Shown piece by piece: positions 9,499 to 18,959 of a stretch of 64,000 nt of DNA (positions are counted from its first letter, which is position 1; every line of letters starts with the position of its first letter). This DNA comes from an uncultured Actinomycetota bacterium (GTDB lineage Bacteria > Actinomycetota > Actinomycetes > Propionibacteriales > DAIQRJ01). The DNA lies in NCBI GenBank assembly GCA_963708795.1, contig CAVPUH010000006.1, positions 170,005 through 234,004 on the forward strand. The letters are read 5' to 3'. Made by a program: the position numbers and the translations under genes. The notes under the pieces are model-generated. The model was not told where the DNA came from. It was given only the letters and a program-made list of their open reading frames with translations, and ran no database searches.

Positions 9499-10356
9499 GT
9501 GCGCGTCGACGAACTGGCTGTCTACCCGATCAAGTCGACCGCACCGGTCGGCCTCGACCATGCCCGCGTCGAACCGTGGGGTCTGGCCGACGACCGCCGC
9601 TGGATGATCGTGGATCCCGACGGGACACTCATCACCGCACGCCGGCACCCGAGATTGCTGCATGTGCGGGCCCAGGTGCTCGGCCCCGGTTGCGTCCGGG
9701 TGGAGGGACCCCACGCCGAAGCGCTCGACGTCGACACGTCCGGTGGAGGGCTCGTACCCGTGTCGGTCTGGTCCAGCACCCTCGACGCGACCCGCTCGCC
9801 GGTCACCGCCGACGCGTGGTTCTCCGCGTTGCTCGAGCGTCCGGTCCGGCTCGTGTGGCTGGACGACCCGACCAGGCGCGCGATCAACCCTGCCCACGGC
9901 CGACCGGGTGAGGTGGTCAGCTTCGCCGACGGCTACCCGCTGCTGCTCACGACCAGGACGTCGCTGGCGCGACTCAACGACTGGATCACCGAAGTCGCGG
10001 CGTCGCGGGACGAGGATGCTCCCGAGCCGACGGCAATGAACCGCTTCCGGCCGAACGTCGTGGTCGACGGTGAGGGCGCCTTCGACGAGGACCGGTGGCT
10101 GTCCATCCGCATCGGGTCGGTGCAGTTCCGCGTGACCGAGCCGTGTGCCCGCTGCGTGCTGACGACGATCGACCCCCTGACGCTGAGCCGCGGCCGCGAA
10201 CCGCTGCGCACACTGGCGAAACGCCGCCGACAGGGCACCAGCGTGTTGTTCGGCGCGAACCTCATCCCGGACGGTGTCGTGCCCGGGGACGAGGCGGCGA
10301 CGATCGCGGTGGGCGACGAACTGGCTGTGCTGGAGCGCGACGACCGAGCCGCGTGA
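9499..10356 (+). CDS. MOSC domain-containing protein
   Basis: 285-aa ORF with the MOSC N-terminal beta-barrel motif (MRVDELAVYPIKS) and the C-terminal MOSC cysteine region (TEPCARCVLTTIDP). Confidence 0.85.
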   Translation: MRVDELAVYPIKSTAPVGLDHARVEPWGLADDRRWMIVDPDGTLITARRHPRLLHVRAQVLGPGCVRVEGPHAEALDVDTSGGGLVPVSVWSSTLDATRSPVTADAWFSALLERPVRLVWLDDPTRRAINPAHGRPGEVVSFADGYPLLLTTRTSLARLNDWITEVAASRDEDAPEPTAMNRFRPNVVVDGEGAFDEDRWLSIRIGSVQFRVTEPCARCVLTTIDPLTLSRGREPLRTLAKRRRQGTSVLFGANLIPDGVVPGDEAATIAVGDELAVLERDDRAA

Positions 10357-10360
10357 GCAC

Positions 10361-11059
10361 TCACGTCGTCGGCAGCTCGCGAGCGAGGAAGTCGACCGTG
10401 GTGGTCCAGGCCGCTCGGGACGCGTCGGCGTGGTGGAACGGCGGGCGCGGGTTGTCGAAGGCGTGGCCGGCGCCGGGGTAGGTGCGGAAGTCGGAGCCGG
10501 CAGGCACCGCCGCCGCGATGGCGGCGACGACGTCCGGCGGGATGTAGTCGTCGGCGAGGCCGAAGTGATAGAGCGCGTGCGGCGTCACCCGGTCGGCCCG
10601 ATCGAGCTGACCCGCCACCGACGAGCCGTAGTAGCAGACGAACACATCCGGGTCGGCCAGCGCGGCCACGGCGAAACCGACACCGCCACCGAAGCAGAAG
10701 CCGACGACGCCGGTACCGCCGTCGACCTCGTCGAGATCCGCCAGCGCCGTCAGGGCGGCCCGGGAGTCGTCGATCGGCTGCGCGTCGTCCAGGCGTGAAG
10801 CCAGCTCCATGGCGCGGGGAAGGTAATCCGGCCGTGTCTCGTCGACCGTGAGTTCGCCGACCCGCCAGAACAATGCCGGCGCGACCACGACGTAACCGAG
10901 CTCGGCCAGTTGCCGGGCGCGTTCCTGGACGTAGGCGCTCAACCCGAAGATCTCCTGGATCACCAGCAGTCCGGGGCCACGGCCGGAACGCGGCAGCCAC
11001 TTCCACGCCGGCATCGGGCCGTCCGCTGTCTGGATCTCGATCTGCTCGGCATCCGTCAC
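10361..11059 (-). CDS. dienelactone hydrolase family protein
   Basis: 232-aa ORF: ...GPGLLVIQEIFGLSAYVQERARQLAELGYVVVAPALF...VVGFCFGGG...YPGAGHAF. Confidence 0.8.
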   Translation of the reverse strand: MTDAEQIEIQTADGPMPAWKWLPRSGRGPGLLVIQEIFGLSAYVQERARQLAELGYVVVAPALFWRVGELTVDETRPDYLPRAMELASRLDDAQPIDDSRAALTALADLDEVDGGTGVVGFCFGGGVGFAVAALADPDVFVCYYGSSVAGQLDRADRVTPHALYHFGLADDYIPPDVVAAIAAAVPAGSDFRTYPGAGHAFDNPRPPFHHADASRAAWTTTVDFLARELPTT

Positions 11060-11064
11060 GACGG

Positions 11065-11700
11065 TCAGTATGACGTCGGATACCGCTGGGCCGACGCGTC
11101 CTCCTGCGCGAGCAACCTCAGGGCCGCGGCCGCCTCGCCGTACAACGCCACCCCGACGACGACGGCGCGGGCCAATTCCTCCCGGGGAGCGGAGGCCGGC
11201 GGGAGCGAGGCGATCTCGTCGGCCGCCAGCGCCCGGGCGTGCGCGGCATGGAGGGCCAGCAGGTTCTCGAGGGGCACTTCACCGACGACCGAGCGCAGGC
11301 CGAGCACGGCGTCGGCCAGTCGGTTCCGGGTCGGTGCGTCGGGCCGAATGGTCCAACCGAGGCCCGCCAGATAGGCGTCGACCTCGGCGCGCACCGACCG
11401 CCACACGTCGGACTCCCGGTCGGGCGAACCGGCCACCGCGTACTGCACCGCACCGAGCAGATCGTGGACGCCGAGGCCCGGTTCGTCGACGGCGACGAGC
11501 ACGGCACGAACGTCCTGCAGGCGGACTCCCCCGACCTCGACGAGCGCCCGGATCAGCCGCAGCCGATCGAGGTGGGCGGCGTCGTATCGCGCCTGGTTCA
11601 CACCGGTGCGTTCGCCCGCGGGCAACAGTCCCTCGCGCAGGTAGTACTTCACGGTCGGGACGGGAACGCCGCTGGCCCGGCTCAGCTCGGCCATACGCAT
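11065..11700 (-). CDS. MerR family transcriptional regulator
   Basis: ORF 11065..11754 trimmed to ATG 11700. HTH region MRMAELSRASGVPVPTVKYYLREGLLP. Confidence 0.85.
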   Translation of the reverse strand: MRMAELSRASGVPVPTVKYYLREGLLPAGERTGVNQARYDAAHLDRLRLIRALVEVGGVRLQDVRAVLVAVDEPGLGVHDLLGAVQYAVAGSPDRESDVWRSVRAEVDAYLAGLGWTIRPDAPTRNRLADAVLGLRSVVGEVPLENLLALHAAHARALAADEIASLPPASAPREELARAVVVGVALYGEAAAALRLLAQEDASAQRYPTSY

Positions 11701-11738
11701 CTGTCCTGCTCCTTCGCACCGATGGATCTTGCGTGAGC

Positions 11739-11763
11739 TTATGGAGAGTGACACTATCCATAA
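11739..11763. promoter_or_regulatory. 25-bp near-perfect palindrome TTATGGAGAGTGACACTATCCATAA, candidate MerR operator
   Basis: Lies in the 110-bp divergent region between the MerR gene and the DUF4188 gene. Eleven of twelve arm pairs match. GAGAGTGACA is repeated again at 11766-11775. Confidence 0.55.
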
Positions 11764-11810
11764 TAGAGAGTGACAGTGTCCGATGTGGTCCGGAGAGTAA
11801 CGGAGAGACG

Positions 11811-12320
11811 ATGTCCAGGAACCCCGTGGTCCCCGCGCGAATGACCGGTGTGCTCGATGACGAGTTCGTCGTGTTCCTGATCGGCATGCGCGTCAACAAG
11901 CCGTGGAAGGTGCGCCAGTGGCTACCGGCGTTCCTCGCGATGCCGAAGATGCTCGCCGAACTCTCGAGGCGACCGGAACTCGGTCTGCTCGGATACCGCC
12001 TGACGTTCGGCATCGACGGTCCCACGGTCATCCAGTACTGGCGCAGCACCGAACAGCTGATGGCGTATGCGCATTCGAGCGACGACGCGCATCTGCCGGC
12101 CTGGCGGGCCTTCAACAAGGCGGTGGGGCGATCCGGTGACGTCGGCATCTGGCACGAGACCTTCGTCGTCGCGCCCGGCGCCTACGAGAACATCTACGTC
12201 AACATGCCGCGATTCGGCCTGGCCGCAGCGGGCGAGCATCTGCCGGTGGCAGCCCGCGGCGGCACTGCGCGACAGCGGCTCTCCGCTCAGGACAGCTCGG
12301 CAGCTCCCAGCCGCCAGTAG
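11811..12320 (+). CDS. DUF4188 domain-containing protein (monooxygenase-like)
   Basis: ORF 11070..12320 trimmed to ATG 11811 after GGAGAG. ...VFLIGMRVNKPWKVRQWLPAFLAMPKMLAEL...VIQYWRSTEQLMAYA...HLPAWRAFNK...GIWHETF. Confidence 0.7.
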   Translation: MSRNPVVPARMTGVLDDEFVVFLIGMRVNKPWKVRQWLPAFLAMPKMLAELSRRPELGLLGYRLTFGIDGPTVIQYWRSTEQLMAYAHSSDDAHLPAWRAFNKAVGRSGDVGIWHETFVVAPGAYENIYVNMPRFGLAAAGEHLPVAARGGTARQRLSAQDSSAAPSRQ

Positions 12321-13018
12321 CCCATGAACGCGACCGAACGACGGTCGATGCCGAGATCGCGCACCAGCCGTCGACGCAGGTGCTTGGCCACGCCGGACTC
12401 GCCCGCCAACCACGCGTAGACGCTGTCGTCGGCTCGGGTGTCGTCGGGGACGTCCCACGGATCGTCCTCGTCTCGGTGTTCTCCGCGGAGACACCGGATC
12501 TGACCGCCGGACGAGAGTCGTGGGCCTCGGTCATCACGCGTTCGACCGCCGGGATCAACGCCGACCCGTGCGCTGCGGGGCCGCGCGCGAACCAGACGAC
12601 CTCGAGGTCCGGTGGTACCGACAGGTCGAGCCGCGGTCGGCACTTGCGGGATGGCCGTGCCGCGGGCGGTGATCGGCAGCCGTTCGCGGATGGTCGCCAC
12701 GGCCGGGACGGCCGTCTCGTCCGCGGCGAGGACATAGGTCACCGAACCCGGCGGCGGCCGCCACTCGAACGCCGCGGTGGATCGGTCGGCACGCGCATTG
12801 TGACCGACGAGGCGGATCTCGTCGCCGACGCGCGCACGATTGACCCAGCGGGAGGCCGAGCCGTCGTCGCCGTGCCCGACCAGGTCGACGTGGACCTCGT
12901 GGGCGCGCGCGCTCACACGTGACGAACCGTGTACGTGCGGATCGGGTTCCGGAGCTCGGCCGGCAAAGCCCGCCAGGAGATCTCGGTCACGGATCGGATT
13001 GATCCTTCGGGGCGACAT
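12287..13018 (-). pseudogene. siderophore-interacting protein (FAD-binding 9 / SIP family), multiply frameshifted and N-terminally short
   Basis: SIP motifs are split over two frames: RTYTVRHV(stop) and ...LDLSVPPDLEVVWFARG... in one; EVHVDLVGHGDDGSASRW...YVLAADETAVPAV and YAWLAGESGV...GYWR in the other. At least 3 shifts of mixed sign. Little sequence precedes RTYTVR. Confidence 0.65.
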
Positions 13019-13035
13019 TGGTAAGGCAACCCTAA
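13017..13035. promoter_or_regulatory. candidate iron box (IdeR/DtxR-type)
   Basis: ATTGGTAAGGCAACCCTAA matches 13 of 19 positions of the palindromic consensus TTAGGTTAGGCTAACCTAA (hand count). It abuts the ATG of the siderophore-interacting protein gene. Confidence 0.4.
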
Positions 13036-13084
13036 CCGAGTCGGTTCACAGGAGTCGACCGCCTCCGGAACACAGCCTGCCGAT

Positions 13085-13813
13085 TCAGCCAGAGGTCGCC
13101 GACGACTGCTCGATCGTGCGATCAGCGGCGTCGCCGCGGGGCGCGACCAGAAGCCCGAGCAGCATCTCGATCAAGTCGGCGGCGAACTCGTCGATACCGG
13201 CCGATTCGCGGGCACCGCGGGCCACGTCACGTTCCCAGGCCGCCAGTGCTGCGAAGACGAACCGGACCCCCAACGCCACCCGCTCCCGGCCGATCGACGT
13301 GTCGTCGAGGCGAGGCTCGTCGGCCATGAGGTCGTAGATCTCCAGCGCGACCTCGATCGGTTCCTCAGCGTCATGGCTGCCGATGCCGTCCCGGACGTGC
13401 TCCACGAACACGAGGGGCCGTTCGATCAACATCCGCTCGTTGTAACGGGCCCACTGGTTGCGCGGCTGGAGTCGGCCGATCTCAGCCGCGAGCGGCCAGA
13501 CGAGCAGTTCCGCCAGAGTGCGCAGATCGGGCTTCATGCCGCGCGCCCGCATGGCGTCGAGCCTGGCCCGCCGTTCCCGGTTCGGCGGTGCGGATCCGCG
13601 ATGGAACACAGCCTCGATCAGGCCGTCGCGCGTGCCGAAGTGGTAGGCGATCGCCGAGTTGTTGCGATGCCCGGATGCCTTGATGATCGCGCGGTCGGAG
13701 GTGCCGGCCGACCCGTACTCGGCTACGAGAAGTTCGGCCGCGTCCATCAGTCGCGCGTCCGCGTCCCCGTCGGCAGCCGGCTTCGAGCGCAGCCGGTCGC
13801 CACCCTGACTCAT
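13085..13813 (-). CDS. TetR/AcrR family transcriptional regulator
   Basis: 242-aa ORF with N-terminal HTH ...LMDAAELLVAEYGSAGTSDRAIIKASGHRNNSAIAYHFGTRDGLIEAV. Confidence 0.8.
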   Translation of the reverse strand: MSQGGDRLRSKPAADGDADARLMDAAELLVAEYGSAGTSDRAIIKASGHRNNSAIAYHFGTRDGLIEAVFHRGSAPPNRERRARLDAMRARGMKPDLRTLAELLVWPLAAEIGRLQPRNQWARYNERMLIERPLVFVEHVRDGIGSHDAEEPIEVALEIYDLMADEPRLDDTSIGRERVALGVRFVFAALAAWERDVARGARESAGIDEFAADLIEMLLGLLVAPRGDAADRTIEQSSATSG

Positions 13814-13902
13814 AAGTCAGATCATAGGGTCGCATTCCGGTCACCGGGCCATGCGACGTCGCTCGATCCGACCAGCGATCCTGGGCTGGTCGCGCATCCG
13901 TC

Positions 13903-15189
13903 TCACAACAGGGTGCTGAACGTGTGAATGGCCAGCCCGGCCAGACCTCCCACGATCGTGCCGTTGATGCGGATGAACTGAAGGTCCCGGCCGACGTGCA
14001 GTTCGATCTTGGCGGCTGCTTCCTTGCCGTCCCACCGGTTCACGGTGTCGGAGATGACGGTCGCGATCTCGGGGCCGAAACTGGTGGCGACATACCCGAC
14101 GGCATTGGCGACATACCCGTCCAGGCGCGCACGCAGGTTGGCGTCCTGGCCGAGTCGGGCGCCGAAGGCGGCGAGTGCGCTGACCCCACGCTGGCGCAGC
14201 ATCCCGTCGGGATCGTCGACGGCTTCGATCAGCCCACGTCGCAGCGCCGCCCAGACCGCGGTGATCGTCGGCTCGACCTGCGGGTGGGTGAGGACGCGCC
14301 GCTTGAGGTCCTCCGCCCGCGCCATCGTCGCCTCGTCGTGCTGGAGATCGTCGGCGAGTTTGCTCAGGAGGTTGTCGATGGACTTGCGCGCCGGGTGGTC
14401 GGGGGTGTCGCGGATGTCCGCGACCCAGGCCAGGACCTCCTTCTGGATGCGCCGGGTCACGCGCTCGTCGACCCAGCCGGGGGTCCACCAGGGCGCGCGC
14501 CCACCGACGGCTTCCGCCACGGTGTCCTCGTGCTCGGACAGCCAGCGGTAGGCCTCGTCCGCCGTGAGGTCGACCAGGCCGTGGTGGGCGCCGTCGCGGA
14601 CGATCTCGGAGAGGAAGTGCCCGAGCATGCCCGACACGGGCTCGTTCATCAGGCGCGGCAGCACCGCCTGTTGCACGATCGACGCGACGTCCGCGTCGTT
14701 GAGGACGCCGAGCGCGCCGCGAACGACCTTGGCGGCCTCACCGATCACCCGGGTGCTGTGCGCGGGGTCGTCGAGCCACCGGCCCACCCGCAGACTCAGG
14801 TCGGCAGAGATCACCTTCTCCTTGACCACCTGCTCGGACAGGAAGTTCGTGGCCACGAACTCCTCGAGGCTCCGCCCGAGGGCGTCCTTGCGAGTCGGGA
14901 TGATCGCGGTGTGCGGGATGGGCAGCCCGAGCGGATGCCGGAAGAGCGCGGTCACCGCGAACCAGTCCGCGATCGCGCCGACCATCGATGCCTCCGCCGC
15001 GGCGTTGACGTATGCCCAGGCGCCGTCGGTGTTCCGGGTCAGCACGTAGACGATCGTGGCCAGGACGAGGAGCGACAGTGCGACGGCGCGCATCCGCCGC
15101 AACCCGCGTCGACGCTGCCGATCGGCGTCGGTCTCGGTGTCGGACCCGGTTCCGGCCGAGCGGCCGGTCACGGCTGAAATCGTCGCCAT
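13903..15189 (-). CDS. DUF445 domain-containing membrane-associated protein
   Basis: ORF 13903..15999 trimmed to ATG 15189 (MATISAV...). ...GAIADWFAVTALFRHPLGLPIPHTAIIP...ELHVGRDLQFIRINGTIVGGLAGL is typical of DUF445. Confidence 0.8.
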   Translation of the reverse strand: MATISAVTGRSAGTGSDTETDADRQRRRGLRRMRAVALSLLVLATIVYVLTRNTDGAWAYVNAAAEASMVGAIADWFAVTALFRHPLGLPIPHTAIIPTRKDALGRSLEEFVATNFLSEQVVKEKVISADLSLRVGRWLDDPAHSTRVIGEAAKVVRGALGVLNDADVASIVQQAVLPRLMNEPVSGMLGHFLSEIVRDGAHHGLVDLTADEAYRWLSEHEDTVAEAVGGRAPWWTPGWVDERVTRRIQKEVLAWVADIRDTPDHPARKSIDNLLSKLADDLQHDEATMARAEDLKRRVLTHPQVEPTITAVWAALRRGLIEAVDDPDGMLRQRGVSALAAFGARLGQDANLRARLDGYVANAVGYVATSFGPEIATVISDTVNRWDGKEAAAKIELHVGRDLQFIRINGTIVGGLAGLAIHTFSTLL

Positions 15190-15284
15190 GGCCAGATCCT
15201 CCCCCACCCGGCCCAGCGCTGCGCGGCCCGGAGGCGGATCCGCCCGCGGGCGTCCGTCGATCGGCGGCGGTGCGGCGGGATCGG

Positions 15285-15864
15285 TCAGCTCGTCAGTGCG
15301 GAGTCCACGAGTCCGGCCGCCACGACGCGCGCGGCGGCGGCAGCGCTCGGGTCGCGGTCCATCCTGGCCGAGACGCCGGCACCGTCGTAGAGCAGGTGCA
15401 GTTGCCGTGCGAGGCCCTCCGGATCGCCCGCCTCTGCCGCACGGGCGAGGTCGACGAACAGTGCCCGCACCCACGCGCGATACTCGTCGGTCACCTCGAT
15501 GATCGGGCTGCCGGGCAGTGCCTCGGCGCTCGCATTGACGAAGGCGCACCCGTGGAAGCCGGGTTGGGTGAAGGTCTCGCCTAGGACGTCGAACACGCCG
15601 AGCAGCCGATCGCGCGGAGTGTCGTACCGCTCGAGTTCGGCGAGGATCCTGGCCCGCCGCCGCTCGTGCCGTCCCGCGAGATAGGCGCGGATGAGTTCGT
15701 CCTTGCTGCCGAACGTGCTGTAGAGCGTCGCCTTCGCGACCCCGGCCCGTTCGATGACGCGGTCGATGCCGACCGTGTGGACACCCTCTTCGTAGAACAG
15801 CTCGTCGGCCGCGGCGAGCAGTCGCTCGCGGGCCGGACGCGCATCGATCCGTCTTCGTGGGCAT
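15285..15864 (-). pseudogene. TetR/AcrR family transcriptional regulator, +1 interruption in the GGG run 15865-15867 directly after the ATG
   Basis: Own translation: removing one base gives MPRRRIDARPARERLLAAADELFYEEGVHTVGIDRVIERAGVAKATLYSTFGSKDELIRAYL..., continuous with track ORF 15285..15596. Confidence 0.8.
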
Positions 15865-15878
15865 GGGTTGACAGTACC

Positions 15879-15923
15879 AGACAGGTCTGTCTACTGTGGC
15901 GAGAGCACCAGACAGACCTGTCT
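15879..15923. promoter_or_regulatory. two 14-bp palindromic operators (AGACAGGTCTGTCT and AGACAGACCTGTCT) plus TTGACA -35-like hexamer at 15868-15873
   Basis: Perfect AGACAG/CTGTCT arms at 15879-15892 and 15910-15923, in the divergent TetR/MFS intergenic region. The first lies between TTGACA and a TACTGT -10-like hexamer. Confidence 0.65.
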
Positions 15924-15958
15924 GTCGCAGACGGGCCAGCCACTCCGAGGAGTTCCAC

Positions 15959-17261
15959 GTGATCGAGACCACCCGGTCCGCCAGAGTCACCGCCCGCAAC
16001 GCCGAGCCCAGGGCCGCGAGCCGCCGGCTCCCGAGCCCGGTGGCCTTCGCGTTGCAGGTGTCGATGCTCGTGACGTTCCTGGCCGCGTCGAGCGCGCCGA
16101 CGCCGCTGTACTCCGTCTACCAGGCCGAATGGGGCTTCTCCCCCATCACCGTCACCGTCGTGTTCGGCGTCTACGCCATCGCCGTCCTGGCCGGGCTGCT
16201 CACCGTCGGATCGCTGTCCGATCACGTCGGGCGACGACCGGTGCTGCTGGCGGCGGTGGGACTGCAGATCGTGGCGCTGGTCGTGTTCGCGACGGCAGCC
16301 GGGGTGCCGGCCCTCCTGCTCGCCCGGGTCCTGCAGGGCCTCTCCACCGGTGCAGCGGCCGGCGCGCTCGGGGCCGGACTGCTCGACCTGGACCGCAGTC
16401 GAGGCACGGTCGCGAACGGGGTCGGGTCGATCGCGGGCACGGCCACCGGCGCACTCGGGTCGCGCCCTGCTCGTCGCCTTCCTCCCGGCACCGACCCACC
16501 TCGTCTACCTGACCCTGCTGGTGGTGCTGGTGGTCCAAGGCGTCGGCGTGTGGTCGATGAGCGAGACCTCGACGCGGAAGCCCGGCGCGCTGGCCTCGCT
16601 GCGACCGCAGCTCGGGCTTCCGGCCGGTGCGCGCCGTCCGTTGGCGGCGGCCGTGCCCGCGCTCGTCGCGGTCTGGGCGCTGGCGGGCTTCTACGGCTCG
16701 CTCGGGCCGACGCTGATCCGCGGGGTGGCGGGGTCGTCGTCGATCGTGCTGGGCGGGCTCGCACTGGCCGTCCTGGCCGGTGGCGGCGCCGTGACGGTTC
16801 TGCTCGTCCGTGACCTGGAGGCCCGTGTGGTCACGGTCCTCGGGACCAGCGCTCTGCTCGTGGGCGTGGGCGTCACGCTCCTGGCCATCGCCTCGTCCTC
16901 GGAGGCGGGCTTCTTCGTCGGTACCGCGATCGCCGGTGTCGGTTTCGGCGCGGCGTTCCAGGGTGCCCTCCGGACTGTCCTGCCGCTGGCCGAGCCACAC
17001 GAACGGGCCGGTGTCCTGTCCACGATCTACGTCGTCTGCTACCTGGCGATGGGGCTGCCCGCGGTGCTGGCCGGCATCGCCGTCGTCGACGGTGGCGGTG
17101 TCCTCCTCACCGCTCGCGGCTACGGCCTCGTCGTCATGGCGCTGGCCGCCGCCGCACTGATCGGCGCCCTGCTCCGGCGGACGCCGGCCCCCGTGGCCCT
17201 GCCAGTGGCGGTCGAGACGTTCGAGACGGCGGACGACGGCGTCCTCTGCGAGGCGTGCTGA
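15959..17261 (+). pseudogene. MFS transporter, +1 interruption at CCC 16465-16467
   Basis: Start is GTG 15959 after GAGGAG. ORF 15896..16813 is TM-like up to ...GTATGALGS. ORF 16350..17261 continues LLVAFLPAPTHLVYL... to the C-terminus. Deleting one C joins them. Confidence 0.8.
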
Positions 17262-17283
17262 GAAGGTCCGACCGCTCGTCGGC

Positions 17284-18090
17284 TCACGTGCCCGCATCGC
17301 CCGCCGGCCACGGCTGGCAGTGCGGGCACCACCATGTCCGGCGCCTCTCCGGGTCCCCTGACTCCGCCGCCCGCACCTGGATTCGCGTGCCGCACCGCCG
17401 ACACGGTTCGTCGGCGCGGCCGTACACCCACTGTGTCGCGCCCCGGCGGGTGTCCCCCGTCGTCACCTGGTACATGCGCGGCTGGAGTGCCGACGCCCGC
17501 AGGGCCCGAGCCGCCAGCCGGACGGTCGCTCGGACGTCGGTCGCGCCGACGCGCGTCCTCGGGTCGTAGCCGCGGAGAAAGCACACCTCGTTCACCCAGA
17601 AGTTCCCGAGGCCGGCCAGACAACGCTGATCGAGAAGGGCGGCCGCGAGCTCCCGCTCCTCGTCGCTGCCGACGCGGCGGACGGCCTCGTCGAGATCCCA
17701 GTCGTCGCGGAGCGGATCCGGACCCAACGCTTCGGTGATCCTCCGTTCGTCGGTGGACCGCAGGAGCTCGACGACCGGGACGCGCTCACCCAGGACGGTG
17801 CCGGTGCCGGTGCCGAGCAGCACGCGGACGACGTCGCCACGACCGGGCCACGAACGCGAGCGGAGCACGCGCCAGGACCCGTCCATCCGCAGGTGGGTGT
17901 GCAACGTCAGGCCCGAGTCGAACCGGGTGAAGAGGTGCTTTCCCCAGGTGACGTTCGCGGTCACGGTCATCCCGACGAGGTCGGCGGTCGCGTGCGCCGG
18001 TACCCGGAGTTCGGCGCGCTCGAGTGGTCGCCCGAGCAGCGCGGCATCGAGGCGTCTGGCCGCGCGGTAGACCGTGTCACCTTCGGGCAC
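17284..18090 (-). CDS. nei: Fpg/Nei family DNA glycosylase (endonuclease VIII-like)
   Basis: ORF 17284..18468 trimmed to GTG 18090 (V/M-PEGDTVYRAARRL, the catalytic N-terminal PE). C-terminal zinc finger CRRCGTRI...WWCPHCQ. Confidence 0.85.
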   Translation of the reverse strand: MPEGDTVYRAARRLDAALLGRPLERAELRVPAHATADLVGMTVTANVTWGKHLFTRFDSGLTLHTHLRMDGSWRVLRSRSWPGRGDVVRVLLGTGTGTVLGERVPVVELLRSTDERRITEALGPDPLRDDWDLDEAVRRVGSDEERELAAALLDQRCLAGLGNFWVNEVCFLRGYDPRTRVGATDVRATVRLAARALRASALQPRMYQVTTGDTRRGATQWVYGRADEPCRRCGTRIQVRAAESGDPERRRTWWCPHCQPWPAGDAGT

Positions 18091-18148
18091 GCCCCATTCC
18101 ACCACCGGCCGGCGACTAACCGCCGGTGGCCGACCGGCCCGTGCCACG

Positions 18149-18937
18149 ATGACGCCCATGACTGCTGCGACATCGGTACTGGACGCCTTCAAACTCGACG
18201 GGAAGGTGGCGCTGGTCACCGGCTCCACCCGCGGCCTCGGACGCGCGTTCGCGCTGGCTCTCGGCCAGGCCGGCGCGAGCGTCGTGGTCGTCGGGCGCGA
18301 CGCCGCCGCTGCCGCCGAGGTCAGTTCCGAACTCGACGCAGCCGGCGTGCCGTCCCTGGTGGTGCTCGGCGACGTGACGATCCGCGCCGATGTGGAACGC
18401 ATGCTCGCCGAGAGCCTGGCCGCGTTCGGTGCCGTCGACATCCTCGTGAACAACGCCGGCACCTGCATCCATCGCCCTGCCCTCGAGGTGACCGACGAGG
18501 AGTTCGACCAGGTGATGACCGTGAACGTCGATGCACTCTGGCTGTGCAGCCAGGTGTTCGGGCGCTACATGGTCGAACGCGGTGACGGCAACATCATCAA
18601 CATCGGGTCGATCTCGGCGCTGATCGTCAACCGCCCGCAGTATCAGCCTGCGTACAACGCGTCGAAGGCGGCGGTCCACCAGCTCACGCGCAGCCTGGCT
18701 GCGGAATGGGCGCCGTTCAACGTCCGCGTCAACGCCCTCGCACCGGGCTACATGCGTACCGACATGGCCCCGGTGGACGAGCCGCGCTTCCGCCGCCAGT
18801 GGATCGACGACGCGCCGATGCAGCGGGCCGGTGAGCCGGCCGAGCTGGGCGGGGCGATCGTCTTCCTCGCGAGCGCGGCGTCGTCGTTCGTCACGGGCTC
18901 CGTCCTCGTCGCCGACGGGGGCTACACGATCTACTGA
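18149..18937 (+). CDS. SDR family oxidoreductase
   Basis: TGSTRGLGRA glycine-rich motif, NNAG, and YNASKAA catalytic Y-x3-K. Start at ATG 18149 is assumed. Confidence 0.85.
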   Translation: MTPMTAATSVLDAFKLDGKVALVTGSTRGLGRAFALALGQAGASVVVVGRDAAAAAEVSSELDAAGVPSLVVLGDVTIRADVERMLAESLAAFGAVDILVNNAGTCIHRPALEVTDEEFDQVMTVNVDALWLCSQVFGRYMVERGDGNIINIGSISALIVNRPQYQPAYNASKAAVHQLTRSLAAEWAPFNVRVNALAPGYMRTDMAPVDEPRFRRQWIDDAPMQRAGEPAELGGAIVFLASAASSFVTGSVLVADGGYTIY

Positions 18938-18959
18938 GGGCGCGGCCGGCGGGCGTCGA

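Noticed and set aside
15190-15999. N-terminal 270-codon extension of the 698-aa ORF 13903..15999
   Set aside because: The extension is Arg-rich nonsense that overlaps the TetR gene in another frame. The DUF445 similarity begins at ATG 15189. Likewise, the extension 38822..39811 of ORF 37535..39811 is antisense to ybaK and the kinase-like gene.
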